Positions 26,536 through 36,582 of a DNA stretch of 64,000 bases are shown piece by piece. The number at the start of each line of letters is the position of its first letter. The first letter of the stretch is position 1. The translations under genes and the position numbers were made by a program. Under the pieces are notes generated by a model that saw only the letters and a program-made list of their open reading frames with translations, was not told the DNA's origin and made no database searches. Origin of the DNA: a virus; the IMG/VR virus record IMGVR_UViG_3300021368_000003, positions 1 through 64,000 of that record; one strand, written 5' to 3'.

Positions 26536-27228
26536 TCAGTCTGTGCTTTCTGCGTTACCAGTGTTAGTATCGGTTGCGTAAGTCCAGTATTGAACTTGGA
26601 ACTCAACGGTGTACTCCTCAGGAGTATCGTTGCTATCCCATGCAAGATCGATTGCGCTGATGTTAGATGGCCAGATGCCAACGAACTCATATGCAGCAGA
26701 GTGTGCGCCCTGTCTGTCGAACTGACGGACCAATGCACTAGACTGATACTCAGCAATGCTGGTAGCAGTTTGATAGTTCATCGGCATGGACTGAATGATG
26801 CGGGACCACTCTTCCAGTTTACGTCTGAGGAGGAAGTTCTCGTCGTTCATGACGGTAACAGTCCAAGGTTCAAACGTTCTGTCGCCAGCGATTTTCAGAG
26901 TACGACCTCTGAAAGGAACCTCAACCACACCCACAGTAGAAGCGGGAAGGTTTGCTGCCTTCACGAGGAAGGTAGAGAGGCGAACGCCTTCGGCGCTACT
27001 GGTGCTGTTGTTCTGAGATTCAGGAACGTCAGCAGCGTTAACTTGGAAGATCTCTTCAACCTTAGCGGGGAAGTTGATCTCAACTTGGAACAGATTAGGG
27101 CGAGCGAGTTCGCGAATCTGCTGTCTAAACCCAATAATGTCCTGTACGACATTAAGTCTTTCGACTTGTCCAGGTCTTTGACGCTTATTTTCGCGAGGCG
27201 TTCTCCCTGTTTTTCTAGGTGATGCCAT
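26536..27228 (-). CDS. gp19: Tail tube protein gp19
   Basis: ARPNLF.V, KAANLP, VPFRGR.LKIAGDRTFEPW, EY.VEFQVQYW. Confidence 0.95.
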   Translation of the reverse strand: MASPRKTGRTPRENKRQRPGQVERLNVVQDIIGFRQQIRELARPNLFQVEINFPAKVEEIFQVNAADVPESQNNSTSSAEGVRLSTFLVKAANLPASTVGVVEVPFRGRTLKIAGDRTFEPWTVTVMNDENFLLRRKLEEWSRIIQSMPMNYQTATSIAEYQSSALVRQFDRQGAHSAAYEFVGIWPSNISAIDLAWDSNDTPEEYTVEFQVQYWTYATDTNTGNAESTD

Positions 27229-27260
27229 TTGTAGACTCCGTTATGTTTATTGATAAAAGG

Positions 27261-27297
27261 AAAAAAGGGGAGATCGCCCTTAGTTGACGATCTCAGA
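27261..27297 (-). terminator. Probable terminator after gp18
   Basis: Minus strand GAGATCG...CGATCTC hairpin spanning the stop codon, then CCC-T6. Confidence 0.55.
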
Positions 27298-30087
27298 GAA
27301 CGATGCACCAGTTCTGGTGGCAGTGAATTGCAGCGTGATGAAGTTGATAGAGCGGGTGGGCTTCACGAAGATTTCCGCGAAGAACTCGCCACGATCAATG
27401 GCGTCATCAGGGTTGTTGCTACGGTCGCAAACTACGAGGTAGTCAACAACGCCTCTGCGTGATTGTACACCTCTAAGATAAGGATCGACGACGTTCTTGA
27501 ATCCCTGACGGGTGAACTCATCGTTCAGTTCAAAGAGTTGTGACTTAGCAGCAGTTGCGATTGCTTTCTCGATCACGAGGAACAGTCTACGAACGTTGAT
27601 TCTGTCGAAGGCAGAAGAGGTTGCGAGAGCAGTCTTGTCTCCGAAGAGCACGATGCCTTGTCCAGGGAATGCAACGATCGGGTTGACTCGTGAGGCATAC
27701 AGTCTGTCTCTCTGATCTTTCAGAGGAGAGTATGCAAGCTTCACAGCGTTACGGAGTTGACCTCTGGTGAAACCAGCAGGAGAGAACCAAGGTTCCTGAT
27801 TCAGAGCAGTGCTCAGAGTCAGACCAGCAACGTCAGCGTTACATGGGAGGTAACGGTACTTATCGTTGTACTTGTCGTAGATGTACTTGTAGTTGTTATC
27901 AAATACAGCGTACGAAGAGGAGGAAAGTCCATCGAAGAATTCGATAGTCTTCTCTACGATATCGTTGTTGTTAGAAACACCGATGACAGATGCTCTCGGG
28001 GGAGAGATGAATGCCATGGCATCCTTTCTAGTAGCAGCGATGTCGATGCACTTTTGTGCTTTTGCAGTAGAGTCAATGTCGTTGGACATTGCGGGACCCA
28101 TGAGAATGTAATCCACCTCCTCGGTCTCAGGGTCGCTAAACAGGTCGTAGGAATCGAACAGTTTGTCGCGTTGAGCGGTATAACCGTCAACACCACCTCT
28201 CAGAGAATACTTCACAGTAGAAGAATTCTTAGTAGAGAGGACTGCTGCACCTGCGCCGTCTTTGGCGAGAATTGCAGTCGAGGACTTGAATGGGTCGAAG
28301 TGGCGGTTGGTAGCGGCAAGACCAACAGAGTCAACTGTGGTGCTGCTAAGGTCCATGGCAAGACCAGTCTCGTGTGAACCCCAGAAGAGGTACTTAGACT
28401 GTGCCTTGATTACATCCTTGTAGTAGATGTTTGCACCCTGAGGAGACTTAGCATCAGATGCCTTAGATACGTCAAGGAACTTTTCAAGAACCGAACCAGG
28501 TACGCCAGTGATGCCGCCGTCGCCATCAATGACGAGGATGTGCATCAGGTCATGGTGACCACCGCGATCAGCAGCATACTGGGAAGTGCCAGGTCTGCGA
28601 GCAATGGAAGACCACTTTTGGTTGTAGTCATATTCTCTGGACTCATACTCACCAGAGAGAGCGTCGATGTTCAGTGCGGGAACACCAGCATTCTCGTCAC
28701 CACTGAGAGTATCAGAGGAGAGAAGATCTTGGTTCACCAGGAACGGAGAAGCATCGTCGTCGATCACGACCATCAGTTTGCGCTTAACGCCAGTGATGAT
28801 TGCTTCATCGCCAGTAACGGAACCAGGGGAACCAGCGTTGTTTGCTTTCTCTTGGATCTTGTCAGCGACTTTCAGGAAGTCAGTGGTGTTATCGTGGTCG
28901 ATGCTGACTTGCAGTGTACGCATCTTAGCGTCATAAGCAAGGATCTCACCAGCGATATCAGTGGTGTAGGAGTTACCAGCACCAGAACCAGCAACGAAGA
29001 AGTTACCAGCCTCGAAACCACCTTTCAGACTATCACCTGCTTCAAGAGTCAGTTCGATGATGTAGTTATAGATCGTAGCGCGGGAGTTGGTTGAAGAAAC
29101 AACAACTCTCTTGCCAGGAAGGAACTTACGCTCAGCGCCACTTGGGGGTGCGCCCATCATCAGAACTTGGTCAGGACCAGCGTCGGTCATTACCACGCGG
29201 ATGCTGTTACCGTAAGAACCAGGAGAACGAGCAGCCCACTTCCAGTTGTTAGCGGCAGACTCAGTTACTGCTTCATACTCATCAAGGTTCTTGATGATAG
29301 GAGCGGCAACACCAGTAACGGTAGTCTCGTTAACAGTGGTCTTGTTGGTAGTAACAGTCAACTTGGTGACATCTACGCCGTCAGTGTGAGCGGCAGCAGC
29401 AGTACCCAGAGCAGCACGAGTAACAGTCAAGTCGTTAGTGCTAATAGCAGTAACTTGAAGGATCTCGTCGTCGATTCTGATGTAACCGTTTACAGTGGCA
29501 CCCAGGGTTGCCTGAGAGGTCACTGGAATAGTGGTTGCACTAGCACTGATAGTAGAACCACTGTTGTTAATCGGAGATGAAGTGCCAGGTTCGATCAACG
29601 TGATCTGAGAACTAGCGGGGTGCAACACAGCAGTGGTTGCAAGTTGTGCGCGATCAACAGTCAGGTCAGTACCACTTACAGCGGTGACCTTGATGATTTC
29701 ATCGTTGATCTTCAACAGATCGTTAACGTCGATATCTGTTGCGTCAGTGACAGTCAGAGTCGTATCAGTCGCAGCAAAAGTTGCGAGAGTGATCTGAGCG
29801 GTGTCAATAGCGTTTTTAAGAGTGTCGTTGGCAGCACGTACCACTTTGACAGATCCACCATAAAGGAGGAACTGAGCGGCAGAGAACCAATACTCGTAGT
29901 TATAGTCGTTCGGCTTTCCGAACTCTTCGATGAGTTGTCTCTCGTTCGAGATTACTCTTACTTCTTCGACGGGACCCTTCTCAAAGGTTCCCACGACTGC
30001 CGCTACATTATCGACGGTAGCGTTTACGGAATTGGTAAGATCTCTTTCAAGGACGACAACACCTGGGGAAATTTGTGTGGATGCCAT
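27280..30087 (-). CDS. gp18: Tail sheath protein gp18 with inserted domains (935 aa)
   Basis: SPGV...E.DL, PWFSPAGF.RG, LFGDKT, FDRINVRRLF, KPTRSINFI.L.F.A. Confidence 0.97.
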   Translation of the reverse strand: MASTQISPGVVVLERDLTNSVNATVDNVAAVVGTFEKGPVEEVRVISNERQLIEEFGKPNDYNYEYWFSAAQFLLYGGSVKVVRAANDTLKNAIDTAQITLATFAATDTTLTVTDATDIDVNDLLKINDEIIKVTAVSGTDLTVDRAQLATTAVLHPASSQITLIEPGTSSPINNSGSTISASATTIPVTSQATLGATVNGYIRIDDEILQVTAISTNDLTVTRAALGTAAAAHTDGVDVTKLTVTTNKTTVNETTVTGVAAPIIKNLDEYEAVTESAANNWKWAARSPGSYGNSIRVVMTDAGPDQVLMMGAPPSGAERKFLPGKRVVVSSTNSRATIYNYIIELTLEAGDSLKGGFEAGNFFVAGSGAGNSYTTDIAGEILAYDAKMRTLQVSIDHDNTTDFLKVADKIQEKANNAGSPGSVTGDEAIITGVKRKLMVVIDDDASPFLVNQDLLSSDTLSGDENAGVPALNIDALSGEYESREYDYNQKWSSIARRPGTSQYAADRGGHHDLMHILVIDGDGGITGVPGSVLEKFLDVSKASDAKSPQGANIYYKDVIKAQSKYLFWGSHETGLAMDLSSTTVDSVGLAATNRHFDPFKSSTAILAKDGAGAAVLSTKNSSTVKYSLRGGVDGYTAQRDKLFDSYDLFSDPETEEVDYILMGPAMSNDIDSTAKAQKCIDIAATRKDAMAFISPPRASVIGVSNNNDIVEKTIEFFDGLSSSSYAVFDNNYKYIYDKYNDKYRYLPCNADVAGLTLSTALNQEPWFSPAGFTRGQLRNAVKLAYSPLKDQRDRLYASRVNPIVAFPGQGIVLFGDKTALATSSAFDRINVRRLFLVIEKAIATAAKSQLFELNDEFTRQGFKNVVDPYLRGVQSRRGVVDYLVVCDRSNNPDDAIDRGEFFAEIFVKPTRSINFITLQFTATRTGASFSEIVN

Positions 30088-30127
30088 CTGGTATACTCCT
30101 GATAGTAAATCAATCGGATGCTACTAT

Positions 30128-30135
30128 TATTTAGA
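30128..30135 (-). promoter_or_regulatory. Late promoter TCTAAATA (gp18)
   Basis: TAAATA core upstream of gp18. Confidence 0.75.
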
Positions 30136-30173
30136 AATACCACTATTTTCACTGGGGAAACTAGCCGTGAGCA

Positions 30174-30416
30174 TTACCAGTCAGGATAGTCTGTTATCCA
30201 TTTCCTCGGTTGTCGTCTACGTTTTGCAATTCTTTTGATCGTACACTGCTTACATTCGTAAGAATACGCTGATGGCAATGCTCCCCGATCTTTTCTAGTC
30301 CTATAAAATCCATCTAGTAGGTCCTTTGTCTTACCACATGTCTTACAGGTACGTTCCTTTAATAAGAGATGTTCTAATTCAAATTCCCCTTCTAGATCCA
30401 TTACCGATAATCCCAC
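30174..30416 (-). CDS. Small Zn-ribbon protein
   Basis: CKTC...ECKQC; C-terminal YPDW. Confidence 0.75.
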   Translation of the reverse strand: MGLSVMDLEGEFELEHLLLKERTCKTCGKTKDLLDGFYRTRKDRGALPSAYSYECKQCTIKRIAKRRRQPRKWITDYPDW

Positions 30417-32050
30417 ATGTAAGACATGTCTCCATATTCATCTGTGTGCCATACCTGTCCATCGGGATCCACAAATGATGTCTCATCTATACCATTATCT
30501 ATAAAACCAAAGGGTGCCATGTCTGCTTCAATCTGTTCTTTCTGTTCCAGATACATGCGAGCACGAACATCCTGATCATGTAGTTCTCTGAAATAATCTG
30601 AGGTTGCTAACCAGGAGAACATAACCAAGCACATAGCAAGGTCATCGTTACATCCTTCTTCTGCTTCCCATGCCTGACCCTTCTGAATAAAGGTAGTCAA
30701 CTCAGCAATGACATCATAGTCATTGAGTAATAGTTTATCGTCTTCAATCAATGCTTTAAGGTTAGAGCATCCAGTCTTCTTGACTGTGGTAGACATCTTC
30801 ACACCTAACTGTGTCTTGGTGCCAGAGAATCCTTGACCCACAACTTGTCCTGCACGCCCTCTCATAGCACACATAAGGAGGTTGTCATACTCCAAGTCAA
30901 ACTGCATGATATCTGCAACCTGACCACCGATATCATTTACTTCAATAAGTACATATGCGTGGTTGTAAGCAGTAGCAACTTGGTGTATAATATTCGGGAA
31001 CAACAAAGGTTTGATAACGTTGTTCCTATACTTTGCAACCATACGGTAAGGTATAGTCGTGGTGTCGATAACTGTGAAAGCGGAGTAGTCCTTGGTAACC
31101 CCTCGGGCTACGTCCACTGAAATTACATACTGATGATCTTCGATAGGTTCTTCAAAAATATCAAGACCTTTATTGCGGTTAATCGGTTCTTCATATACCA
31201 TCGTACGCAACTTTGAGGCAGAGATGAGGGTATCAACTGATCCCAAGAACTCGCATTCAAACTCAACCCTGAACTGCTCCTCAGAGGTGTTCGCGATGGT
31301 TTGTTCTTTCCATACTGCATCTCTTCCTGGCACTTCTGACCAGTGAACCTCAGTGGTTACATATTCGTTCTTATTTCTCTCGGCGTCATGCCAGAGTTTA
31401 TAGAACATGTTCATCCCGTGTGGGGTAGAAATGATAATAACTTTGGTTGATTTACCAGAAGAGATAGTAGGATAAACAGAACTGAAAAACTGGTCAGCAA
31501 TATGATTCGGAATGAACGCGAATTCGTCCAGAAAGATGACGTTAAAAGACATACCCCGTACAGCAGATGCCGAAGTAGAAGCAGCCATGATTTTGCTTCC
31601 GTTCTCCAATTCCAGAGATCCTCGGTTCCACTGACTGATTCCTTGTTGCAACCACTTGGGGAGGTTTTCATAACTAAGTTGTAGACGTTGTAGCATTTCA
31701 CGCGCAGTCGCTGCTTTGTTAGCAAGGATTGCTACGTTGACATTATCATTGAACAGTACATACCACAACAGATAGGAAGTCACAATGGTGGACTTACCCG
31801 ACTGTCGTGGTAGTTTGGCGATATTAAATCTATTGTCATGAAACTTCCTAGTCATATCAACTTGGAAGTCATACATCTCAAATGGGATCAGACCTTTATC
31901 CAGAGACACAATCTTGATGTATTTCTGAATAAAGTAAACTGGATCCTTAGAGCATTTAATAAATTCCTCAATCTGATCAGGCGTAAACGATTGTGCAACG
32001 TTTGCCTTTTTAAGATTAGGATTGCCTAGGTACTGCTGATCTGCACTCAT
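30401..32050 (-). CDS. gp17: Terminase large subunit gp17
   Basis: YLGNPNLK, PRQSGKST, FLDEFAF, ISTP, DVARG, DDLAM. Confidence 0.98.
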   Translation of the reverse strand: MSADQQYLGNPNLKKANVAQSFTPDQIEEFIKCSKDPVYFIQKYIKIVSLDKGLIPFEMYDFQVDMTRKFHDNRFNIAKLPRQSGKSTIVTSYLLWYVLFNDNVNVAILANKAATAREMLQRLQLSYENLPKWLQQGISQWNRGSLELENGSKIMAASTSASAVRGMSFNVIFLDEFAFIPNHIADQFFSSVYPTISSGKSTKVIIISTPHGMNMFYKLWHDAERNKNEYVTTEVHWSEVPGRDAVWKEQTIANTSEEQFRVEFECEFLGSVDTLISASKLRTMVYEEPINRNKGLDIFEEPIEDHQYVISVDVARGVTKDYSAFTVIDTTTIPYRMVAKYRNNVIKPLLFPNIIHQVATAYNHAYVLIEVNDIGGQVADIMQFDLEYDNLLMCAMRGRAGQVVGQGFSGTKTQLGVKMSTTVKKTGCSNLKALIEDDKLLLNDYDVIAELTTFIQKGQAWEAEEGCNDDLAMCLVMFSWLATSDYFRELHDQDVRARMYLEQKEQIEADMAPFGFIDNGIDETSFVDPDGQVWHTDEYGDMSYMWDYR

Positions 32051-32505
32051 ACCAATGTTCCGTGTTCTCTACGAATCTCTTTCAGTTCTTCAAAGTCTTT
32101 TTGTTTCGTACCACCATCATATGCCCATGCATATCCTTCGGTGATCATCATTTCGTTGAGCGATAGTTCGCTGTCCCCCACATAGAGCCACCCAAGTAGG
32201 CGACCATACTTACCAACACCGCCAACGAGTTCAGTACGAATAGTAAGTTGATCTTCTCCCGCAAGGGCACCTTCGAGTTTTTCTTTGAGCCAGTTTGTTG
32301 CATCGATTCCTAACTCCTTTTCTTTGAGGTCTCTCGTTCTCTTCTCTGGCGTATCAACTCCTGCAACTCTAACTCTTTCTTTCTTGTATAGATCAAACCC
32401 GAGATCAATAGTAACGTCAATAGTATCGCCATCAAGAACTCTGTTGATCTCGATCACTCGAAAGTTGTAGCAACTCTTCCTGCTTGGCGGGGTCATCGCT
32501 CCCAT
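32047..32505 (-). CDS. Staphylococcal nuclease (SNase)-like protein
   Basis: DGDTID, RVAGVDTPE, GKYGRLLG, GYA..Y.G. Confidence 0.9.
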   Translation of the reverse strand: MGAMTPPSRKSCYNFRVIEINRVLDGDTIDVTIDLGFDLYKKERVRVAGVDTPEKRTRDLKEKELGIDATNWLKEKLEGALAGEDQLTIRTELVGGVGKYGRLLGWLYVGDSELSLNEMMITEGYAWAYDGGTKQKDFEELKEIRREHGTLV

Positions 32506-32641
32506 CTTCTAACTCCTTGAATGCTAGTGTCATTATTGTATATATGTAATAACCTACTCCCATCAATAGGAGAATAAGACACCAGATGATACTCCAAGTA
32601 ACATCATTGACATCATTCAGTGGTCTCAGTATCAGGTTCAT
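32432..32641 (-). CDS. Small membrane protein
   Basis: One strong TM segment. Confidence 0.7.
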   Translation of the reverse strand: MNLILRPLNDVNDVTWSIIWCLILLLMGVGYYIYTIMTLAFKELEDGSDDPAKQEELLQLSSDRDQQSS

Positions 32642-32942
32642 AGGGTTTGAATGATATGCTTATATTATCTAGTCCTTCTACTTCGCTAGGGGTGGATGTA
32701 GTAACCCATGGATCAGGGATCTCTTCATCCCATTGTTTATGGATCTCACGTACCTGGTTATCAACGCTATCCATCTCCTGTTCGACCTTAGCATCGACCC
32801 AGACTTTCCACAACCATTCAATAATTGCTTTGTATATTTGATTCCAAGGGTACTTCTGATTCCTTGCCCATAGTTTGGACTTGGTATACCAGGTTTCTTT
32901 CCCTCCCCAAGTTTTTTCAAATTTGAATAAGTTAAATTTCAT
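32613..32942 (-). CDS. Hypothetical Trp-rich protein
   Basis: 109-aa ORF in a packed operon. Confidence 0.65.
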   Translation of the reverse strand: MKFNLFKFEKTWGGKETWYTKSKLWARNQKYPWNQIYKAIIEWLWKVWVDAKVEQEMDSVDNQVREIHKQWDEEIPDPWVTTSTPSEVEGLDNISISFKPYEPDTETTE

Positions 32943-33190
32943 TGTTCTAGACTATCTAAGTAGTCTATCCACCATTGTGGATCTTTATGGACTTTCCAGT
33001 TCGGAACAGGTTTACCCTGCTCCGAATAATGGTCGTACAATACCTTATCGATAGTCTGTGCGATCTCCAAATTCCTCTTCTTCTTCATCAACATCTGCAT
33101 ACGGGTTCTCCAAATAGGGTCCTCGTTTTCGTAGAGGTTCTTTTCTGACATAATCCGACTCAGCATTGACAGCAGACATCCAGACCGCAA
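32939..33190 (-). CDS. Hypothetical protein (true start probably internal)
   Basis: C-terminal EIAQTID..L...Y......VP.WK...PQWWIDYL fills an otherwise empty gap. Confidence 0.55.
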   Translation of the reverse strand: MRSGCLLSMLSRIMSEKNLYENEDPIWRTRMQMLMKKKRNLEIAQTIDKVLYDHYSEQGKPVPNWKVHKDPQWWIDYLDSLEQ

Positions 33191-33257
33191 CCTTCATTAC
33201 TATATAGATGACTGCGAGGGGTAAAAAGCACAGGATCAATGTGTATTGTGATTTCAT
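33045..33257 (-). CDS. Small membrane protein
   Basis: N-terminal TM, acidic tail; ATGA overlap with the gnd stop. Confidence 0.7.
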   Translation of the reverse strand: MKSQYTLILCFLPLAVIYIVMKVAVWMSAVNAESDYVRKEPLRKRGPYLENPYADVDEEEEEFGDRTDYR

Positions 33258-34267
33258 CTAACGTTGTGTCCTCCAAACATGTATCTCATACCGTTCAGAA
33301 TCTTGGATCCGAAAGCCGACAGACCGCGACTACTAAATCTTTGATAAAGAGCAGTGGATAGAACAGGAGCGGGTACACCCAGATCCACAGCGGTATGAAC
33401 AGTCCAACGACCCTCACCGCTATCGGATACTCCGCCAACGAACTTATTAAGCTCTGGATCGCTGCGAAGTACATCAGCAGTAAGATCGAGTAACCAAGAC
33501 CCAACCACACTACCGCGACGCCAACACTCAGCGACCTCAGCAACGTTAATGTCGTAGCAGTAATCTTCTGGACATTCCATGGGGGCAACCTCTGCGTCTC
33601 CCTCCTTGACATATTTAGATCCTGCATTGGCATTTTTTAGTATATTGAAACCTTCGGCATATGCCTGCATCATTCCATACTCAACACCATTATGGACCAT
33701 CTTCACAAAGTGACCCGCTCCTGGTGCTCCGCAATGCAACCAACCTGATTCAGCAGGTGAGACCCAGCTGTTGTCGTGGGTTCTGGGGGCAGCACCAATG
33801 CCTGGTGCGAGGGAGTCAAAGATAGGACGGCAAGCAGCGACTGCTTGATCTCCGCCACCAACCATAAGACAGTATCCACGCTCCAAACCATAAACACCCC
33901 CGCTAGTACCACAGTCAATATACTGGATACCCAGTTTTGAAAGGTACGATGCCCTTTTCCTACTGTCCTTAAAATTGCTATTGCCATGATCAATAACAAT
34001 AGCTCCTTCACTACAAAATTGTAGTAACTCATCGAGTGTCTCCTGTACAAGTTCTGCTGGGATTACCATTTGGTAAACACCAGAAGGTCCAACTTGTTGA
34101 ACCAATTCTTCAAGAGAAGGTGCTACCTCAGTAACATATCCTTTCTCTTTTGCTTCCTCTGCCTTAGCAAAGTTCCGTCTGTATCCATGGACTTCAATAC
34201 CAGCGGACATCATCCGACGAGACATACCCTCGCCCATCCGCCCAAGTCCGATCAATCCTACTTTCAT
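33254..34267 (-). CDS. gnd: 6-phosphogluconate dehydrogenase (short type)
   Basis: GLGRMG, DHGNS, GTSGG, GHFVKMVHNGVEY, SDSGEGRW, FGGH. Confidence 0.97.
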   Translation of the reverse strand: MKVGLIGLGRMGEGMSRRMMSAGIEVHGYRRNFAKAEEAKEKGYVTEVAPSLEELVQQVGPSGVYQMVIPAELVQETLDELLQFCSEGAIVIDHGNSNFKDSRKRASYLSKLGIQYIDCGTSGGVYGLERGYCLMVGGGDQAVAACRPIFDSLAPGIGAAPRTHDNSWVSPAESGWLHCGAPGAGHFVKMVHNGVEYGMMQAYAEGFNILKNANAGSKYVKEGDAEVAPMECPEDYCYDINVAEVAECWRRGSVVGSWLLDLTADVLRSDPELNKFVGGVSDSGEGRWTVHTAVDLGVPAPVLSTALYQRFSSRGLSAFGSKILNGMRYMFGGHNVR

Positions 34268-34422
34268 TTGTGTTTCTTAGTAAACGGTTCCCAGTGTTCC
34301 CATCCATATTTGTGGACCAGGTGCATTCCTATGATGGGTACAAAAACTAAAAAGAATCCCATGATACCTAGGCACCAGGGAGTCTGCATTACCTGTCTAA
34401 CCAGGAGCTGAACGTGATTCAT
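34264..34422 (-). CDS. Small membrane protein, 52 aa (not in ORF track)
   Basis: Manual translation MNHVQLLVRQVMQTPWCLGIMGFFLVFVPIIGMHLVHKYGWEHWEPFTKKHK*; ATGA-coupled to gnd. Confidence 0.7.
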   Translation of the reverse strand: MNHVQLLVRQVMQTPWCLGIMGFFLVFVPIIGMHLVHKYGWEHWEPFTKKHK

Positions 34423-34654
34423 TTTGGAAATACTCTGGTAAAGGACATCCTTTGAATTCGTTTATCTCATTAACAGATAGAACAAACATGGTTACAAATC
34501 CTAGACAGAACGCAAAGAGCATTTGTGGGAAGTTATAGTTCCCCATATATGCAGTAGGATCTGGTTCATCATCATGAGGATGAAGATGTTTAGAGATCTG
34601 TTCTACTCTTTTCTTACGTTCTTCGTCAGATTTTTTCATGCTGGATAGTCCCAA
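34397..34654 (-). CDS. Small membrane protein (start probably MKKSD)
   Basis: TM segment FPQMLFAFCLGFVTMFVL; coupled to the zwf stop. Confidence 0.7.
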   Translation of the reverse strand: MGLSSMKKSDEERKKRVEQISKHLHPHDDEPDPTAYMGNYNFPQMLFAFCLGFVTMFVLSVNEINEFKGCPLPEYFQNESRSAPG

Positions 34655-35961
34655 TCTGTGATAAACTCTGTCTTATGCAAGGGACCCCACAGACCTTCAT
34701 GATAAAGGAATGGTGTGGTTCGCACCTTACAAGTCTGTCCAGTACAAAGCAGATCGTCAACAATACGCCAGGATTCCAACACCTCTTCCGCGTGGACGAA
34801 GTGAGACTGGTCTCCATGGATAGCATCATAAAGTAACTTCTCATACCCATCGATAGCATTATCAGGGTAGTTATGAGTTAGTGTCGCTGCTTCGACCTCA
34901 TCCTTAAACCCAGGGGTCTTCATCTCGATACGAATATCTAGATGTGGATTAGGTTGCAATCGCATAACAATGCGATCATTAGTTGCGTGGTTAGAAAATA
35001 GTTGTCTAACGGGTGCTTTTAGTTTAACAACAACTTCAACACAACCGTGAGGCATCTTCTTTCCTGTTAGGAAATAGAAAGGAACTTGATCCCAACGCCA
35101 GTTATCAATGTAGATATCACCAGCAGCAAAGGTAGGTGTCTCTGTATTATCTTCAACACCTTCCTCTTCTCTATACCCAACGTATTGACCTGCAACATAC
35201 TTAGTGCCAAGTCTTGTAGCAGCGAGAACTTTAACTTTCTCTCTGCGTATCTCCTTAGCGGTATACTTTGCAGGAGGTTCCATAGCAATCAAAGCAAGGA
35301 CTTGCAGGATATGATTCTGCAACATGTCTCTGACTGCACCAGCACCTTCATAGTATTGTGCTCTACCTTCACATCCAATAGTTTCGGATGCAAAGATCTG
35401 AACCTCTTCTATGTAATCCCTGTTCCAAAGTGGTTCAAGTAATACATTACTAAACCGAGTGGCAAGGATATTATTAACAGTATCTTTGCCGAGATAATGA
35501 TCAATGCGATAGACTTGCTTCTCGCGTAAACATCTCCCAACCACAGACTGTAAATGATCAGCAGATTTAAGATCGTACCCAAAGGGTTTCTCAATAACAA
35601 CACGGGATGTTTCTGAGTCTTCGACGAGTCCTGCTTCTTTGAGATTTGTGATGGCATCAGCGTACCTCTCTGGCGGAACTGAAAGAAAATATGTTATACT
35701 TCCTTCTGTTGGAAGCGCAGCAAGACTATCCTTATCACTCAAATTACATGGAACATAATCCAAGTGCATCTTGAAGTCATCTGGATAGTCTTCCAGGTGC
35801 TCACACCAACTCTCCTTTGTATGTTTTGTTCTGGATGCTCCTATAATCTTAAAAGATTGAGGGAGCATCCCTTTCAAAAACAGTTGATACAAAGCAGGGA
35901 CCAATTTGCGTTTGCAAAGGTCCCCAGTAGCACCGAAGATAATTATTGTTTTAGTGAGCAC
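34636..35961 (-). CDS. zwf: Glucose-6-phosphate dehydrogenase (start probably GTG 35961, not 36069)
   Basis: GATGDL, EKPFG, RIDHYLGK, RDMLQNH, NWRW..VPF; the upstream extension is occupied by ndhP in another frame. Confidence 0.96.
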   Translation of the reverse strand: MLTKTIIIFGATGDLCKRKLVPALYQLFLKGMLPQSFKIIGASRTKHTKESWCEHLEDYPDDFKMHLDYVPCNLSDKDSLAALPTEGSITYFLSVPPERYADAITNLKEAGLVEDSETSRVVIEKPFGYDLKSADHLQSVVGRCLREKQVYRIDHYLGKDTVNNILATRFSNVLLEPLWNRDYIEEVQIFASETIGCEGRAQYYEGAGAVRDMLQNHILQVLALIAMEPPAKYTAKEIRREKVKVLAATRLGTKYVAGQYVGYREEEGVEDNTETPTFAAGDIYIDNWRWDQVPFYFLTGKKMPHGCVEVVVKLKAPVRQLFSNHATNDRIVMRLQPNPHLDIRIEMKTPGFKDEVEAATLTHNYPDNAIDGYEKLLYDAIHGDQSHFVHAEEVLESWRIVDDLLCTGQTCKVRTTPFLYHEGLWGPLHKTEFITDWDYPA

Positions 35962-36082
35962 ATCCGTTACCTTTATAGTCTTCTGATTCGTAGTAGTTAT
36001 TCTCACCCTTTCGTATCCCGAAATAGATCGTGGATAGTACAAAGGGTATTGCTGCCCAAAGTAAGACATTACCGAACGTCAT
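35951..36082 (-). CDS. ndhP: NDH-1 complex small subunit NdhP (not in ORF track)
   Basis: MTFGNVLLWAAIPFVLSTIYFGIRKGENNYYESEDYKGNGCAH*: single TM, FG.R.G, Y....Y.GNG.AH terminus; ATGA-coupled to ptox. Confidence 0.88.
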   Translation of the reverse strand: MTFGNVLLWAAIPFVLSTIYFGIRKGENNYYESEDYKGNGCAH

Positions 36083-36582
36083 AATAGTTCCATCGCAGAT
36101 CTAAGTTCCTCAACGTGATGAATTTCATCTTCCATAATTTCATAGATCCTTTTGTCAGATCTATCAATGTACATTAAATAATCGCTGTACGTTTGTGCAG
36201 CGTGTTCTTCTACTTCCAGACTTAGATGGTAAGCAGACATAGGAAATAACCAGTAATAAACCACGTTAATCCAATAGTAGATAAGTACGAGGTGTCTGGC
36301 GAAAGCGCGATCAATCCAATAAGCATTACCGCCCCTGCTCTCCATATATTCAAGATGTTCTGTTTCATTTACAGACTGCTCGAAGTGTTGACGCATTAAA
36401 AAATGATGCTCAGGTCCACGTAAACCCATAGATTCACGTAGATGTAACACACTTAAAAAAGCAAAATAGGGTGCCCGAGCAATCTCTTCAAGCACCCAGA
36501 AACGTTGATAGTGACGACCTCTATAAAGAAAGTCAATGATTGCTACTGTGATATCTAACGTTATCGTATTTAATTTTTTCAT
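36079..36582 (-). CDS. ptox: Plastoquinol terminal oxidase (start ATG 36582)
   Basis: RFWVLE.IARAPYF, NE.EHL, EEHA..TY, DEIHH diiron motifs. Confidence 0.95.
   Translation of the reverse strand: MKKLNTITLDITVAIIDFLYRGRHYQRFWVLEEIARAPYFAFLSVLHLRESMGLRGPEHHFLMRQHFEQSVNETEHLEYMESRGGNAYWIDRAFARHLVLIYYWINVVYYWLFPMSAYHLSLEVEEHAAQTYSDYLMYIDRSDKRIYEIMEDEIHHVEELRSAMELL

Noticed and set aside
30174-30416. Homing endonuclease next to gp17
   Set aside because: Only a Zn ribbon in 80 aa; no HNH, GIY-YIG or EndoVII catalytic core
17921-32050. Introns or inteins in uvsW, gp20, gp23 or gp17
   Set aside because: ORFs are continuous and of normal length, with no intein termini seen
35962-36069. N-terminal extension of Zwf
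   Set aside because: This stretch encodes NdhP in another frame; the Zwf Rossmann motif begins just after GTG 35961
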